From the IMG/VR virus record IMGVR_UViG_3300040770_000334, positions 46,017 through 110,016 of that record: a stretch of 64,000 nucleotides of DNA. One strand, written 5' to 3'. Every line of letters begins with the position of its first letter. Within the stretch, counting starts at the first letter, position 1. Source of the stretch: a virus. The translations under genes were made by a program, and so were the position numbers. Below are positions 50,440-59,584 of the stretch, piece after piece. Below the pieces are notes generated by a model, which was given only the letters and a program-made list of their open reading frames with translations, was not told the DNA's origin and did no database searches.

Positions 50440-50673
50440 ATGGAAAACGAAAGAATATTTAAATCAGTTATTATGCAGTTGAATTTTGATTATGTCAATT
50501 TAGAAGACAAATTAGAGCTGATTATAAATTCTGATGCTACTATAAAGGTTAAAACAAAAAAAATGGTTAAAACATTGGCCAAATTAGTTATCGTGGAACA
50601 AAGTATTAATACTTTTGCCAATATGATGACTAACACAACCGAGGGTAATACAACCGATGATAACAAAAAATAA
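50440..50673 (+). CDS. Hypothetical protein
   Basis: 77-aa ORF after Bacteroidota-type promoter. Confidence 0.6.
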   Translation: MENERIFKSVIMQLNFDYVNLEDKLELIINSDATIKVKTKKMVKTLAKLVIVEQSINTFANMMTNTTEGNTTDDNKK

Positions 50674-50687
50674 ATAAAAAAAACAAA

Positions 50688-50861
50688 ATGGAAAAATTTA
50701 ATGAATTAAAAGAATTAATTAACAGTATCGAAGAAGATGCAGTTAAATTTTATGAAAAAGATAACAAAGCGGCTGGTGTTAGATTAAGAAAAGGGTTACA
50801 AGCGGTTAGAGTTATGTCACAAGATTTAAGATTAGGTGTGTCATCTAAAAATAAAGAATAA
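50688..50861 (+). CDS. Histone H1-like Hc1-family nucleoid protein (57 aa, not in ORF track)
   Basis: MEKFNELKELINSIEEDAVKFYEKDNKAAGVRLRKGLQ matches the KF..KGN.AAG.R.RK.MQ pattern as I recall it. Confidence 0.8.
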   Translation: MEKFNELKELINSIEEDAVKFYEKDNKAAGVRLRKGLQAVRVMSQDLRLGVSSKNKE

Positions 50862-50862
50862 T

Positions 50863-51075
50863 ATGCTAGTTCTATTGATAGATAAAGTATTATTAATGTT
50901 AATGTTCGCAGCAGTGTTAGTCACTGCTCGACATGCATATTACTTCATTCGAGCATATGTCTCTTCAACGGAAGAAGACCCTGTTAACTATAGGTTAACA
51001 GAAAGGTCGTTGGGTTTATTGTGTTTATCTATTTCATACATACTGTCCGTAATATTTACGGGTTTTGCGTTATAA
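50863..51075 (+). CDS. Small two-TM membrane protein
   Basis: ATG50863; two hydrophobic helices. Confidence 0.6.
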   Translation: MLVLLIDKVLLMLMFAAVLVTARHAYYFIRAYVSSTEEDPVNYRLTERSLGLLCLSISYILSVIFTGFAL

Positions 51076-51103
51076 ATAATATAAGATAAAAACGAAAAAA
51101 AAA

Positions 51104-51835
51104 ATGAATATACAAGACACATTAGATAAATTACAACCATACGTTATTGGTATCCGATATTTAGACGGTACGCCATTAGTTGATGCTGTGTTTAAAGAAG
51201 GTTGGACTGTTATTGAAGATGCTAATATCAAAAAAGTTAAAGGTGATGATGGTTTAAATTATTACATGATTTTTAGTGAAATCAAAGGTATCGGGTTAGA
51301 TGAATTGTTAAATTACGTAGGTAAAGTTATTAAGGCTAACCTAGAGCGTGAAAAAAAACATGAGCTATTACGATTAAAGGTTGATGAGTTAAAACAAATT
51401 TTTAAAAATAATTCACTTAGTAAACTTAGTGAATTAAAATTTGTGTTTCAAGAAAAAGATTTAGTACCTACACTTGATGAGTTTGATATTGATGTTAACA
51501 TTGACTATGTAGAGGAAACATCAACCCCAGAGATTGTCTATCATGAGTCAATTAATGAAACAGTTCCAGAACAAAAAGTTATTAGTTATCTAGATGAGAA
51601 CAAACAACCAATTGAGTTGACTGATGATGAAAAAGAAGAACTTGAGGAAGAGGCTAGAGGTGAAAGGAACCGAAAAATGTTGGAAGATAAGAAACGAAAT
51701 AAATCTAATAAACCAGTTATACCTAAAAATGTTGAACTACCGCCAAAACAAAAACAAATGGCTTACGCTAATAGTGACTGTGATTGTAGTGAAAATGAAG
51801 CATGTGGAAAATGCATGGATTCTAAAGATTATTAA
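51104..51835 (+). CDS. Hypothetical protein
   Basis: 243-aa ORF, C-terminal CDC..C.KC. Confidence 0.65.
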   Translation: MNIQDTLDKLQPYVIGIRYLDGTPLVDAVFKEGWTVIEDANIKKVKGDDGLNYYMIFSEIKGIGLDELLNYVGKVIKANLEREKKHELLRLKVDELKQIFKNNSLSKLSELKFVFQEKDLVPTLDEFDIDVNIDYVEETSTPEIVYHESINETVPEQKVISYLDENKQPIELTDDEKEELEEEARGERNRKMLEDKKRNKSNKPVIPKNVELPPKQKQMAYANSDCDCSENEACGKCMDSKDY

Positions 51836-51840
51836 ACATA

Positions 51841-51867
51841 AAAAAAAGCCCTATTAGGGCTTTTTTT
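51841..51867. terminator. Bidirectional terminator
   Basis: AAAAAAAGCCCT-ATT-AGGGCTTTTTTT between convergent genes. Confidence 0.85.
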
Positions 51868-51890
51868 ATATTCATCGATACATTGTATCG

Positions 51891-52229
51891 TTATTTAACA
51901 AATGCACGTTCTAAAGCCTCCTGTGCAGTGTGGATGAACCATACACCACCAGCAGTTAATAAACCATTAAAGAAAACTAATAAGTACGGGTTAGTTAAAC
52001 CATAATGCCCCATTGGTGTAAGGTCAGCGAAACCGAAATAGGTTAATATTGCGGTAAAGACAAATCCCATCCAAGTACCCAGACACATAAAACAACTAAA
52101 TAATTTATGGATACTATACCCACCAGTACCAAGTTTAGCTAATAGGTTTCTAAAGCCTTGGAAAATTGAACCATAAATCATATTGTTACAAGCTCCGTAA
52201 CAAATCAAAATAAACATAAGTGTAACCAT
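51891..52229 (-). CDS. DUF1360-like membrane protein
   Basis: LFSCFMCLGTW CxxC..W motif, three hydrophobic segments. Confidence 0.55.
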   Translation of the reverse strand: MVTLMFILICYGACNNMIYGSIFQGFRNLLAKLGTGGYSIHKLFSCFMCLGTWMGFVFTAILTYFGFADLTPMGHYGLTNPYLLVFFNGLLTAGGVWFIHTAQEALERAFVK

Positions 52230-52311
52230 AATTTTTTTATTAAATGTAATTAAAAATTATTAGATAGTAAATAATTGTTATTATTTATTTGAAGTCAAAA
52301 ATAAATTATGT

Positions 52312-52545
52312 ATGTTTGTAAAAAAAATGAGTGATAGTATGTTAGATAGAGAAGCAAGTCAAGCTGAAAAAGATAAACTTGCAGACAACCATAGAACTGA
52401 AAGGTCTAAAAGCGTTTTTATTACTGAACTAAAGACTGGTCTTGGTAATTCTATCAAAAGAAACCCAGGAAAATGGAGAAAAATAAAAAAACCATTTGTT
52501 ACTAGAGTAATTGATTTTATAAAAAAAATATTCACAAATAAATAA
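52312..52545 (+). CDS. Hypothetical protein
   Basis: 77-aa ORF; start could be ATG52328. Confidence 0.55.
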   Translation: MFVKKMSDSMLDREASQAEKDKLADNHRTERSKSVFITELKTGLGNSIKRNPGKWRKIKKPFVTRVIDFIKKIFTNK

Positions 52546-52550
52546 TTAAT

Positions 52551-52793
52551 ATGGACTACGAAAAATTGATAGAAACTGTATCTCTAATAATTGAGAACGA
52601 TAAAATTGAAAAAGAAGGGTTAACCCTTGTTTACGAGCTTGAAAGTGGGTTACATAAGAAAATGAATGAGCAATTATTTTATAAAATGAATGAAGCTAGT
52701 GCTAAGTTTATACCAACTGAGGATTTTGCAGTTATTTTTGCTGATTTGACAGTTAAATTTATTAAAAAAGAGGTTAAGGATGAAACTGAATAA
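52551..52793 (+). CDS. Hypothetical protein
   Basis: 80-aa ORF. Confidence 0.6.
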   Translation: MDYEKLIETVSLIIENDKIEKEGLTLVYELESGLHKKMNEQLFYKMNEASAKFIPTEDFAVIFADLTVKFIKKEVKDETE

Positions 52794-53388
52794 AACTTTA
52801 GATTATGCGCCAACACATCTTCTTGACCTAGATTTAATATGTGGTATTGATGAGGTCGGTAGAGGTTGTGGTGCTGGACCAGTGGTCGCAGCAGCTGTAA
52901 TACTACCAAAATCTTTTTCATCACCATTACTTCGTGATTCTAAAAAATTATCAGAAAAACAAAGGTATGAAGCGTATGAGTTAATCTTAGCAAATGCTTT
53001 AACTATCTCTTGTCATGCTGGGTCAGTGACAGAGGTCAATGTTTTAGGTATTAATAACGCAACTTTTAAATGCATGCATAAATGTTTGGATGATTTGACG
53101 ATAAAACCAAATTATATCTTATTGGATGGTACCGTTTGGGATAATGTTGGTGATTACAAAGTTGAGTTAGTACCGAAAGGAGATGATACCTACCTTTCAA
53201 TTGCCGCAGCAGCTATTGTTGCTAAAGTTAGGCGAGACGAGTATATGATTAAACTAAATCTTGAGTATGAGGGTTACCATTGGGATAGGAATAAAGGTTA
53301 TTTAACGCCAGACCATATCAAAGCGATAGGTGAGTTAGGTGTTAATAAGTACCACAGAAATCAATATGTTAAAAATTTTATAAAATAA
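52780..53388 (+). CDS. rnhB: Ribonuclease HII
   Basis: GIDEVGRGCGAGPVVAAA, DSKKL, LLDG, KGDD..LSIAAAAIVAKV.RD. Confidence 0.92.
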   Translation: MKLNKTLDYAPTHLLDLDLICGIDEVGRGCGAGPVVAAAVILPKSFSSPLLRDSKKLSEKQRYEAYELILANALTISCHAGSVTEVNVLGINNATFKCMHKCLDDLTIKPNYILLDGTVWDNVGDYKVELVPKGDDTYLSIAAAAIVAKVRRDEYMIKLNLEYEGYHWDRNKGYLTPDHIKAIGELGVNKYHRNQYVKNFIK

Positions 53389-53396
53389 AAATTATT

Positions 53397-53894
53397 ATGA
53401 GAAAAAAAATCTTGGGGTTATTAGCCATTACATTATTATTTGGTTTGGTGGGTTGTGAAGATGTAGAATACGTAAACTCTGGTACTTTAACCGAAAAAGC
53501 TGTTGTTGTAACGCTTATTCATTCACCATCTGAACATAACACAGAATTAACCGAGACAGCTTACGACAACAACGTTAATGGTCTTAGTGGTCTTAGTGGC
53601 ACCGATTATAACGGTAATCGTGGAATTAAAGTTGGTAAAAATTTACAAGTAACAACAACAACAATTCCAGAAAGGTTTGGGGTGGCGTTTCAATGCAGCC
53701 ATGGAACATTCACTGTTGAGGGTTCGGAGATAAAACATCGAGTTTTATATGATAAAATGTATGGGTCTGTGGATGACACGGTAACTATCTTATACGTTGA
53801 GCAATACCGAAAGACTTATGAGACAATTGATGGTGTTAGAAAGTTAATTAGTAATACATTGTATGATTTAGATTTCATAGATGCGCAAAAATAG
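53397..53894 (+). CDS. Putative lipoprotein
   Basis: MRKKILGLLAITLLFGLVG-C lipobox. Confidence 0.65.
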   Translation: MRKKILGLLAITLLFGLVGCEDVEYVNSGTLTEKAVVVTLIHSPSEHNTELTETAYDNNVNGLSGLSGTDYNGNRGIKVGKNLQVTTTTIPERFGVAFQCSHGTFTVEGSEIKHRVLYDKMYGSVDDTVTILYVEQYRKTYETIDGVRKLISNTLYDLDFIDAQK

Positions 53895-53900
53895 CCAATA

Positions 53901-54221
53901 ATGGAAAAAAGAATAGTGGTGGTGACAAAACATAACACAAGAAGGAATGGTTTGAGAACAGCACTATATTGGTCAATATCTGAACAATTAGATGATATTG
54001 AAGTTGTAGATGCTTTTGGGTATTTGAGAGACGATGTTATTAATTTACATTGGGAACACTCAAAATTACCTAAATGGTTAAAAGATGTCCTTGAAACAAG
54101 TGCTGTTGACGAAACTGGTTTTAGTTTGAAACAAAGTAAGTTTAACATTTATTTTGAAGCTATTGGTGAAGATGGTGACTTTCAAGTAGGTGATATTATG
54201 AAAATAACAAAGTTTTTATAA
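53901..54221 (+). CDS. Hypothetical protein
   Basis: 106-aa ORF. Confidence 0.6.
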   Translation: MEKRIVVVTKHNTRRNGLRTALYWSISEQLDDIEVVDAFGYLRDDVINLHWEHSKLPKWLKDVLETSAVDETGFSLKQSKFNIYFEAIGEDGDFQVGDIMKITKFL

Positions 54222-54238
54222 AAAAATTAAAAAAAAAC

Positions 54239-54269
54239 TTGACAAGAGTGTTTTAATGTCGTATGTTTG
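54239..54269 (+). promoter_or_regulatory. Bacteroidota-type -33/-7 promoter (DUF2828 unit)
   Basis: TTG-N20-TATGTTTG. Confidence 0.8.
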
Positions 54270-54293
54270 CCAAACAAAATAAAAAAAGATACT

Positions 54294-55745
54294 ATGGACT
54301 TACTTTCAGCGATTCAGACTAAAGATTCTTACACCGAAAATGGAATGTCAACTAATTCAACTTCATTAAATAGTTGTGTTGATTTATTTTTCCAAATAGG
54401 TGCCATGAGAGGTAAAGATAAGCAAGCTCTAACCAATGCGTTTACTAAGGCGTTTGGCGAGGACCAATTAACCGCTATGCGTTTATTGTTCTGGGCACGT
54501 GATATTCGTGGTGGTGCTGGTGAGCGACAAATCTTCAAAGACTTGATTGTTTACCTTTCGGTTAACCGAACACAAGTTTTGGGTAAAAACCTACATTTGA
54601 TTACTGAATTTGGTAGATGGGATGATTTATTAGTTCTATTAAACACACCATTAAAAAGACAAGCTTTAGAGTTAATAGCTAAAGGATTGTCTGATAAGAA
54701 CCAATTATGCGCTAAATGGATGCCAAGAGGTAATAATCGTCAAACAAAGGGATTGGTTAATATCATAAGACATCACTTAAAATTATCACCTAAAGAATAT
54801 CGTAATTTAATCGTAAGTAATTCTAGTACTGTTGAGCAATTGATGTGTGCTAAGGAATTTGATAAGATAGAATACTCTAAATTGCCATCAAAGGCTATGA
54901 GTGACCTTATGAAAGCTTTTTCAGCTAATGACCTAGTAAGATTCCAAGAATACTTGGGTTCTGTTGCTAAAGGTGAAGTTAAGATTAATGCTGGTGCTGT
55001 CTACCCTTATGATATCGTTAAAAACCTTAATAATGGTTCAGTACAAGGGGCAAACGTTCAATGGGATGCGTTACCGAATTATATGGTTGGTAACACTGAG
55101 CGTGTGATTCCATTAGTTGATGTTTCTGGGTCAATGGTTACAGCAGCTGGTGGTAGTACAAGTATTACTTGTATGGATGTTGCTATTTCATTAGGTCTAT
55201 ATATATCGGAGAGAAACGTTGGAGCCTTTAAGGATGCGTTTATAACATTCCATTCAAAACCAGAGTTAATCATAACTAAAGGTTCATTAAGTGAAAGATA
55301 TGAACAAATGAAAAGGTCAGCATGGGGTATGAATACTAATTTACAAGCTGCTTTTAAATTAATCTTACAAAACGCTGTGAATCATTCAGTACCTGCTGAT
55401 AGTATGCCAACTATGTTGATAATATTTTCAGATATGGAATTTGATGATGCTAATACACCTCATTTTAGAGATACCACATTGAGTGAATGGAATCCAACAG
55501 CTCAAGAAATGATTTCTGATATGTACTCAGATGCTGGATATGTCGTTCCAAAAATAGTGTATTGGAATTTAAATGCCAGAAATCAAAAAAATTCACCAGT
55601 TAAATATGATGAGAGTGGTACTGCTTTAGTTAGTGGTTTTTCACCAGCATTGTTAACTAGTTTATTAGCTGGTGACGATTTATCGCCAGTTACTATGATG
55701 AATAGAGTGGTAAACTCAGAACGTTACGAATCGATTACAATATAA
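54294..55745 (+). CDS. DUF2828-type TROVE/Ro60-like protein with vWA domain
   Basis: TENG..T..TS...VDLF, ARDIRGGAGER, GRWDD, AKWMPR, YPYDIV, DVSGSM MIDAS, IFSDMEFD, WNL; ATG54294. Confidence 0.85.
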   Translation: MDLLSAIQTKDSYTENGMSTNSTSLNSCVDLFFQIGAMRGKDKQALTNAFTKAFGEDQLTAMRLLFWARDIRGGAGERQIFKDLIVYLSVNRTQVLGKNLHLITEFGRWDDLLVLLNTPLKRQALELIAKGLSDKNQLCAKWMPRGNNRQTKGLVNIIRHHLKLSPKEYRNLIVSNSSTVEQLMCAKEFDKIEYSKLPSKAMSDLMKAFSANDLVRFQEYLGSVAKGEVKINAGAVYPYDIVKNLNNGSVQGANVQWDALPNYMVGNTERVIPLVDVSGSMVTAAGGSTSITCMDVAISLGLYISERNVGAFKDAFITFHSKPELIITKGSLSERYEQMKRSAWGMNTNLQAAFKLILQNAVNHSVPADSMPTMLIIFSDMEFDDANTPHFRDTTLSEWNPTAQEMISDMYSDAGYVVPKIVYWNLNARNQKNSPVKYDESGTALVSGFSPALLTSLLAGDDLSPVTMMNRVVNSERYESITI

Positions 55746-55766
55746 TAAACATTTCTTTTTTCGTTA

Positions 55767-55908
55767 AAGATAACTTCAGCAAACAAAAAAAAAAACCTTA
55801 AAAACAAAGATAAACAAAGAACAGGTTCAACATCCTTTGATTCATAAAATAAAATGTTAAACCTTCATAACTGGGTAATTTTAGTGAAGTAAATGCCCCA
55901 ATATCTTG
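55767..55908 (+). ncRNA. Candidate small structured RNA A (TTCAGCAA family)
   Basis: AAGATA/TATCTT closing stem, TTCAGCAA at 55775, two internal hairpins; lies between DUF2828 stop and terminator. Confidence 0.5.
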
Positions 55909-55927
55909 TGTAAAAAAGAAATAATGT

Positions 55928-55956
55928 AAAAAAACTCCTTTATTGGGGTTTTTTTT
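55928..55956 (+). terminator. Terminator
   Basis: AAAAAAACTCC-TTTATT-GGGGTTTTTTTT. Confidence 0.7.
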
Positions 55957-56031
55957 GTTTATACTATTTACAGTTAATTTTAAAATGAGTAACTTTAAAT
56001 ATAAATAAGACGTAAAGTTATTTAAATATAA

Positions 56032-56268
56032 ATGAAGATAGTAATAAAAGAAACTGACATGTGTTTTAACAATGGTGAAATTGAGGTAACGTACCTAATA
56101 TATCTAATTGAAAACAATAATAATCTTGCTGCGTATATTGTAGTTGGTGAGGTAGAAAAAGATATTAGGGTTGCTGCGATAAAAGCATCACTGATTGAAT
56201 ACAAGAATAAAGATATTTTAGTTGAGACAATGTTACTTGGCGAATATCTAACACAAAAACATAATTAA
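56032..56268 (+). CDS. Hypothetical protein
   Basis: 78-aa ORF. Confidence 0.55.
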   Translation: MKIVIKETDMCFNNGEIEVTYLIYLIENNNNLAAYIVVGEVEKDIRVAAIKASLIEYKNKDILVETMLLGEYLTQKHN

Positions 56269-56269
56269 A

Positions 56270-56626
56270 ATGGAAAAAAATTTAGTAGTTAAAGTTTCTC
56301 GTTTCATCGAATTAGCAAGCAAGTTCAGTAAATCAGAAGACGATTTGTTTTCGGATAAGAGCATTAATAGCGTTAATATTGGTAATAGTAATGGCTATGT
56401 TACGATGGGCGGTTCAAATAATAAGCTTGTGTTAAACAACAAAGAGATTTATGTTAACACAGCTGGAATTGTTTGTGCTAAAGACGATAAACCTAAAACG
56501 AGGTCAGAAAAAATGATTGAGAAGACTAAGGCCGTTGCTGAACTGTCAGATGAATATGATGAATACCAAAAACTAACGATTGAGCTTAATGAATACTTTG
56601 AAGCACTTAAAAAAATTAATGAATAA
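56270..56626 (+). CDS. Hypothetical protein
   Basis: 118-aa ORF. Confidence 0.6.
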   Translation: MEKNLVVKVSRFIELASKFSKSEDDLFSDKSINSVNIGNSNGYVTMGGSNNKLVLNNKEIYVNTAGIVCAKDDKPKTRSEKMIEKTKAVAELSDEYDEYQKLTIELNEYFEALKKINE

Positions 56627-56627
56627 T

Positions 56628-56975
56628 ATGGAAAACCCAACAATAATCGTCTTCTATTTAGATAGAGATATGTTAACTGAACCAGAAATAATCAACCCAT
56701 TCGTTGAATCAATTAATCAAATGATTGAACATAAAAAAGCTAATATGATTGCACTATTCCTTCCTTGTGGTGAAGGTGATAGCGAAAGAGTGGAATGCAT
56801 CAACCCAGTGGTTGTTAAAGAGGCTGATATGAATAAAATAACTAAAATCGTTGATGATATTAAGGCACACTTTTTAATTGGTGAAGATATCGAAATTAAA
56901 GAAAGTGTTGAAACACCAAACGCTGATAAGTTATGTGAGTGTGGTGATAATCCAAAAGGTAATTGTGACTGTTAA
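56628..56975 (+). CDS. Hypothetical protein
   Basis: ATG56628, C-terminal CEC..CDC. Confidence 0.6.
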   Translation: MENPTIIVFYLDRDMLTEPEIINPFVESINQMIEHKKANMIALFLPCGEGDSERVECINPVVVKEADMNKITKIVDDIKAHFLIGEDIEIKESVETPNADKLCECGDNPKGNCDC

Positions 56976-57150
56976 GAAACCATTGGTAAACCCAATGACT
57001 GGTGAGATGGATTTAAGGTACGATGTGAATGATATTAGCCAAGATTATTATTTATACCAAAGGCGTGAAACGTTACCGCAAAGAATTATAGGGTTTTTTA
57101 AAACTCTAATAAGTAAAATTAAAAAATATGAATTTAAGTCAAGCAGATAA
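56965..57150 (+). CDS. Hypothetical small protein (start uncertain)
   Basis: GTG56965 or ATG56995 start; fills gap. Confidence 0.4.
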   Translation: MTVKKPLVNPMTGEMDLRYDVNDISQDYYLYQRRETLPQRIIGFFKTLISKIKKYEFKSSR

Positions 57151-57319
57151 AGCAATTATATATGATAATTGTATTAGAGAATCGGACCAATTACAAAGAA
57201 GAAATTCAAAGATAAAGTCTGAATATGTTGGTAATATACCACATGCATTACAGGAAGAAATAAAAGCTAACGATAATAAAATTAATCAATTGGTTAAGAA
57301 ATTGGAAAGTTTATTCTAA
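57128..57319 (+). CDS. Hypothetical coiled-coil protein
   Basis: 63-aa ORF before terminator. Confidence 0.6.
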   Translation: MNLSQADKAIIYDNCIRESDQLQRRNSKIKSEYVGNIPHALQEEIKANDNKINQLVKKLESLF

Positions 57320-57320
57320 C

Positions 57321-57352
57321 AAAAAAACCCACTAGTGATAGTGGGTTTTTTT
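57321..57352. terminator. Bidirectional terminator
   Basis: AAAAAAACCCACTA-GTGA-TAGTGGGTTTTTTT. Confidence 0.85.
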
Positions 57353-58010
57353 ATGGTCTGGTAGATGTACGTCTAATTTTAGTGATTGGCCAACCAGTTT
57401 GGTCTTTTATTATTTCATAAAACATACTGACACTAGCTTTTGATGCAGTACCCATAAATAATAGTGTTTTTATTTTTTGTTTCCTAGCTATCTTATCTAA
57501 AGTATGGTGTAATCGTTGAGCATCTAAAAGGTTTTTACATATCACCATTTCAAATTGGCTTTCATGGTATATTATTAATTTATTGTGTACCACAATTACT
57601 TGCTTGACCATTTTCTTAGCATGCGCCCCAACCATTAAACGTTTAACAATTTCAGCGATTGTGTGTCTATCATTTTTTGAGTCGGAACCATACAACCAAA
57701 AAGTTTCCTCTATCTCATAGTTATCAGAACCAAGTATCGTCCAATCACCCAGTGGTTTTTCAACATATAGTTTTCCGTAGTTATTCCTTAACACTCTAAA
57801 TACGTCAGAGCTTTCAGTTATTTTAGTGACACATATTTTATACTCAACTGGTTCAATACCATTAGTAGAGTTTATAAATTTTTTAGGGTAAAAAACATTA
57901 TTCGTTTCTTTTATTTTAAGAAAATTGGTGTAAGCGGTAAGTTTAGTCTTACACCTATGTAAGGTTTTGAAGTATTTGCCGTTAATTGTTAATATTACTC
58001 TGTAAGTCAT
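57351..58010 (-). CDS. Hypothetical basic protein
   Basis: 219-aa ORF, no competing + strand gene. Confidence 0.7.
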   Translation of the reverse strand: MTYRVILTINGKYFKTLHRCKTKLTAYTNFLKIKETNNVFYPKKFINSTNGIEPVEYKICVTKITESSDVFRVLRNNYGKLYVEKPLGDWTILGSDNYEIEETFWLYGSDSKNDRHTIAEIVKRLMVGAHAKKMVKQVIVVHNKLIIYHESQFEMVICKNLLDAQRLHHTLDKIARKQKIKTLLFMGTASKASVSMFYEIIKDQTGWPITKIRRTSTRP

Positions 58011-58018
58011 CTAAAAGG

Positions 58019-58049
58019 TTGTTATTTGATTTAAATATAAGTATTTTTG
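58019..58049 (+). promoter_or_regulatory. Bacteroidota-type -33/-7 promoter (dnaJ)
   Basis: TTG-N20-TATTTTTG. Confidence 0.7.
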
Positions 58050-58069
58050 CGTAAATATAAACAATTGTT

Positions 58070-59056
58070 ATGAGTAAAAAAAATTATTATGATATATTAG
58101 GGGTGAGTAAAGATGCCAGTGGCGATGAAATTAAGAAATCGTATCGTAAACTAGCAAAAAAATACCATCCAGATATAAACCCAGATGATAAAACAGCTGA
58201 AGAGAATTTTAAAGCCTGTTCAGAGGCATACGAAACATTATCAAACGTTGATAAGAAAAGTGAGTATGATAATGTGGGGTCTAATGACTTTATGTCTAGG
58301 TTTCGTAGAACACCAGAACCAAGAGTTAGAATGGGACAGATAATGAGTCTTTTCGTTAAGTTAACACTAGAAGAAATATATACTGGTGTTACTAAAAAAT
58401 ACAAATATACCCGAAACGCAAAATGTATCGGTTGTGATGGTAATGGTGGTAGCGGAATGCATGATTGTACCAATTGTAGTGGTAGCGGAATGGTTATTGG
58501 TGTGATAAATACACCATTTGGTGCTTTTCAACAAGGGGTTGAATGTCACGTATGTGAAGGGATTGGGTCAAACTATTCATCACAATGTACGAGTTGTCAT
58601 GGTCATGGTGTATCACCTATCGAGGAAACTGTTGATGTTACTATTCCTTCTGGTGTTTTTGATAATATGACATTTGTCATGGGTGGTAAAGGTCATGGTA
58701 TTAAAGGTGGGGAATATGGTAATCTTAATATAACCATAGGTGAATTAAAACACGCTAAGTATGTTAGAAACGGTAATGATTTAAGGCTAACACTTAAGCT
58801 AGACTACACGCAGTTGGTTTTAGGTGATAAAATTGATATAGAGACAATCGATGGTGGTAAAATTAGAGTTAATATACCAGAATCTAGTGATGTTGGTATG
58901 AATTTAAAAGTTAAGAACAAAGGGCTTAAACAATATGGTAGGGACCATCGTGGTGATATTGTTATAACTTTAAATGTTGAAATACCTAAAGGTATATCTA
59001 GTGAAACAAGGGAGTTATTATTAAAATTAAAAGAGTTAGAAAAAGAAGTAAAATAG
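58070..59056 (+). CDS. dnaJ: DnaJ chaperone (J-domain, Zn finger, C-terminal domain)
   Basis: NYYDILGV, HPD, four CxxCxGxG repeats. Confidence 0.95.
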   Translation: MSKKNYYDILGVSKDASGDEIKKSYRKLAKKYHPDINPDDKTAEENFKACSEAYETLSNVDKKSEYDNVGSNDFMSRFRRTPEPRVRMGQIMSLFVKLTLEEIYTGVTKKYKYTRNAKCIGCDGNGGSGMHDCTNCSGSGMVIGVINTPFGAFQQGVECHVCEGIGSNYSSQCTSCHGHGVSPIEETVDVTIPSGVFDNMTFVMGGKGHGIKGGEYGNLNITIGELKHAKYVRNGNDLRLTLKLDYTQLVLGDKIDIETIDGGKIRVNIPESSDVGMNLKVKNKGLKQYGRDHRGDIVITLNVEIPKGISSETRELLLKLKELEKEVK

Positions 59057-59087
59057 TTGCAACTACATTAAAATAGAAGTATGTTTG
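59057..59087 (+). promoter_or_regulatory. Bacteroidota-type -33/-7 promoter (clpP unit)
   Basis: TTG-N20-TATGTTTG. Confidence 0.8.
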
Positions 59088-59119
59088 TACAATAACATTA
59101 AAAAAAAAACAAGAAAATT

Positions 59120-59584
59120 ATGGCAAAGTACATGGAACCTTTTGAAAGCACGACAGACTTATTCAATCAAGCAATTTTAGTCGCTGATTTGGAAAGACAT
59201 TTAAATATCACTGTGATTGCAGACAATAAGGCAAAAGATTTGTTTAAAGTAACAAAAGCAAATCCTATATTAGAATATAGAACTGGTGATAATGTCATCA
59301 TTTACCTAAATGAGGGTATTTTTGATAAATTAACCGAACCACAAAGATTAATTGTTATTGATGAGGCGTTATCATATATTGTTTACGATGTAGAACATGA
59401 TAAATTGACCATCAAGAAACCAGACGTAATCACTTTTAGTGAGATACTAACTAAGCACACATTTGAGACTTGGAATGTATTAAGAGAGTCTGTTAAGACA
59501 CTTTATGCTGCTGAGAAACAAGAAGGTGACCAAGAAGATGATGAAGTCGCTAACGCAAGAACTTCTACACAGAAACAGTACTAA
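59120..59584 (+). CDS. Hypothetical protein, possibly degenerate phage metallopeptidase fold
   Basis: LIVIDEALSYI..KLTIKKPDV; no HExxH. Confidence 0.5.
   Translation: MAKYMEPFESTTDLFNQAILVADLERHLNITVIADNKAKDLFKVTKANPILEYRTGDNVIIYLNEGIFDKLTEPQRLIVIDEALSYIVYDVEHDKLTIKKPDVITFSEILTKHTFETWNVLRESVKTLYAAEKQEGDQEDDEVANARTSTQKQY

Noticed and set aside
53578-53599. Short GGTCTTAGT tandem repeat as a phase-variation site
   Set aside because: It has only two in-frame 9-nt copies (GLSGLSG), so slippage would not shift the frame.
1102-58549. Many short antisense or alternate-frame ORFs in the ORF track (e.g. 1102-1320, 7852-8259, 34855-35406, 38376-38945, 58087-58473)
   Set aside because: They lie within well-supported genes on the other strand or frame and show no recognisable motifs.
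59120-59584. Active metallopeptidase
   Set aside because: The expected HExxH is replaced by DEALS, so catalytic activity is unsupported.
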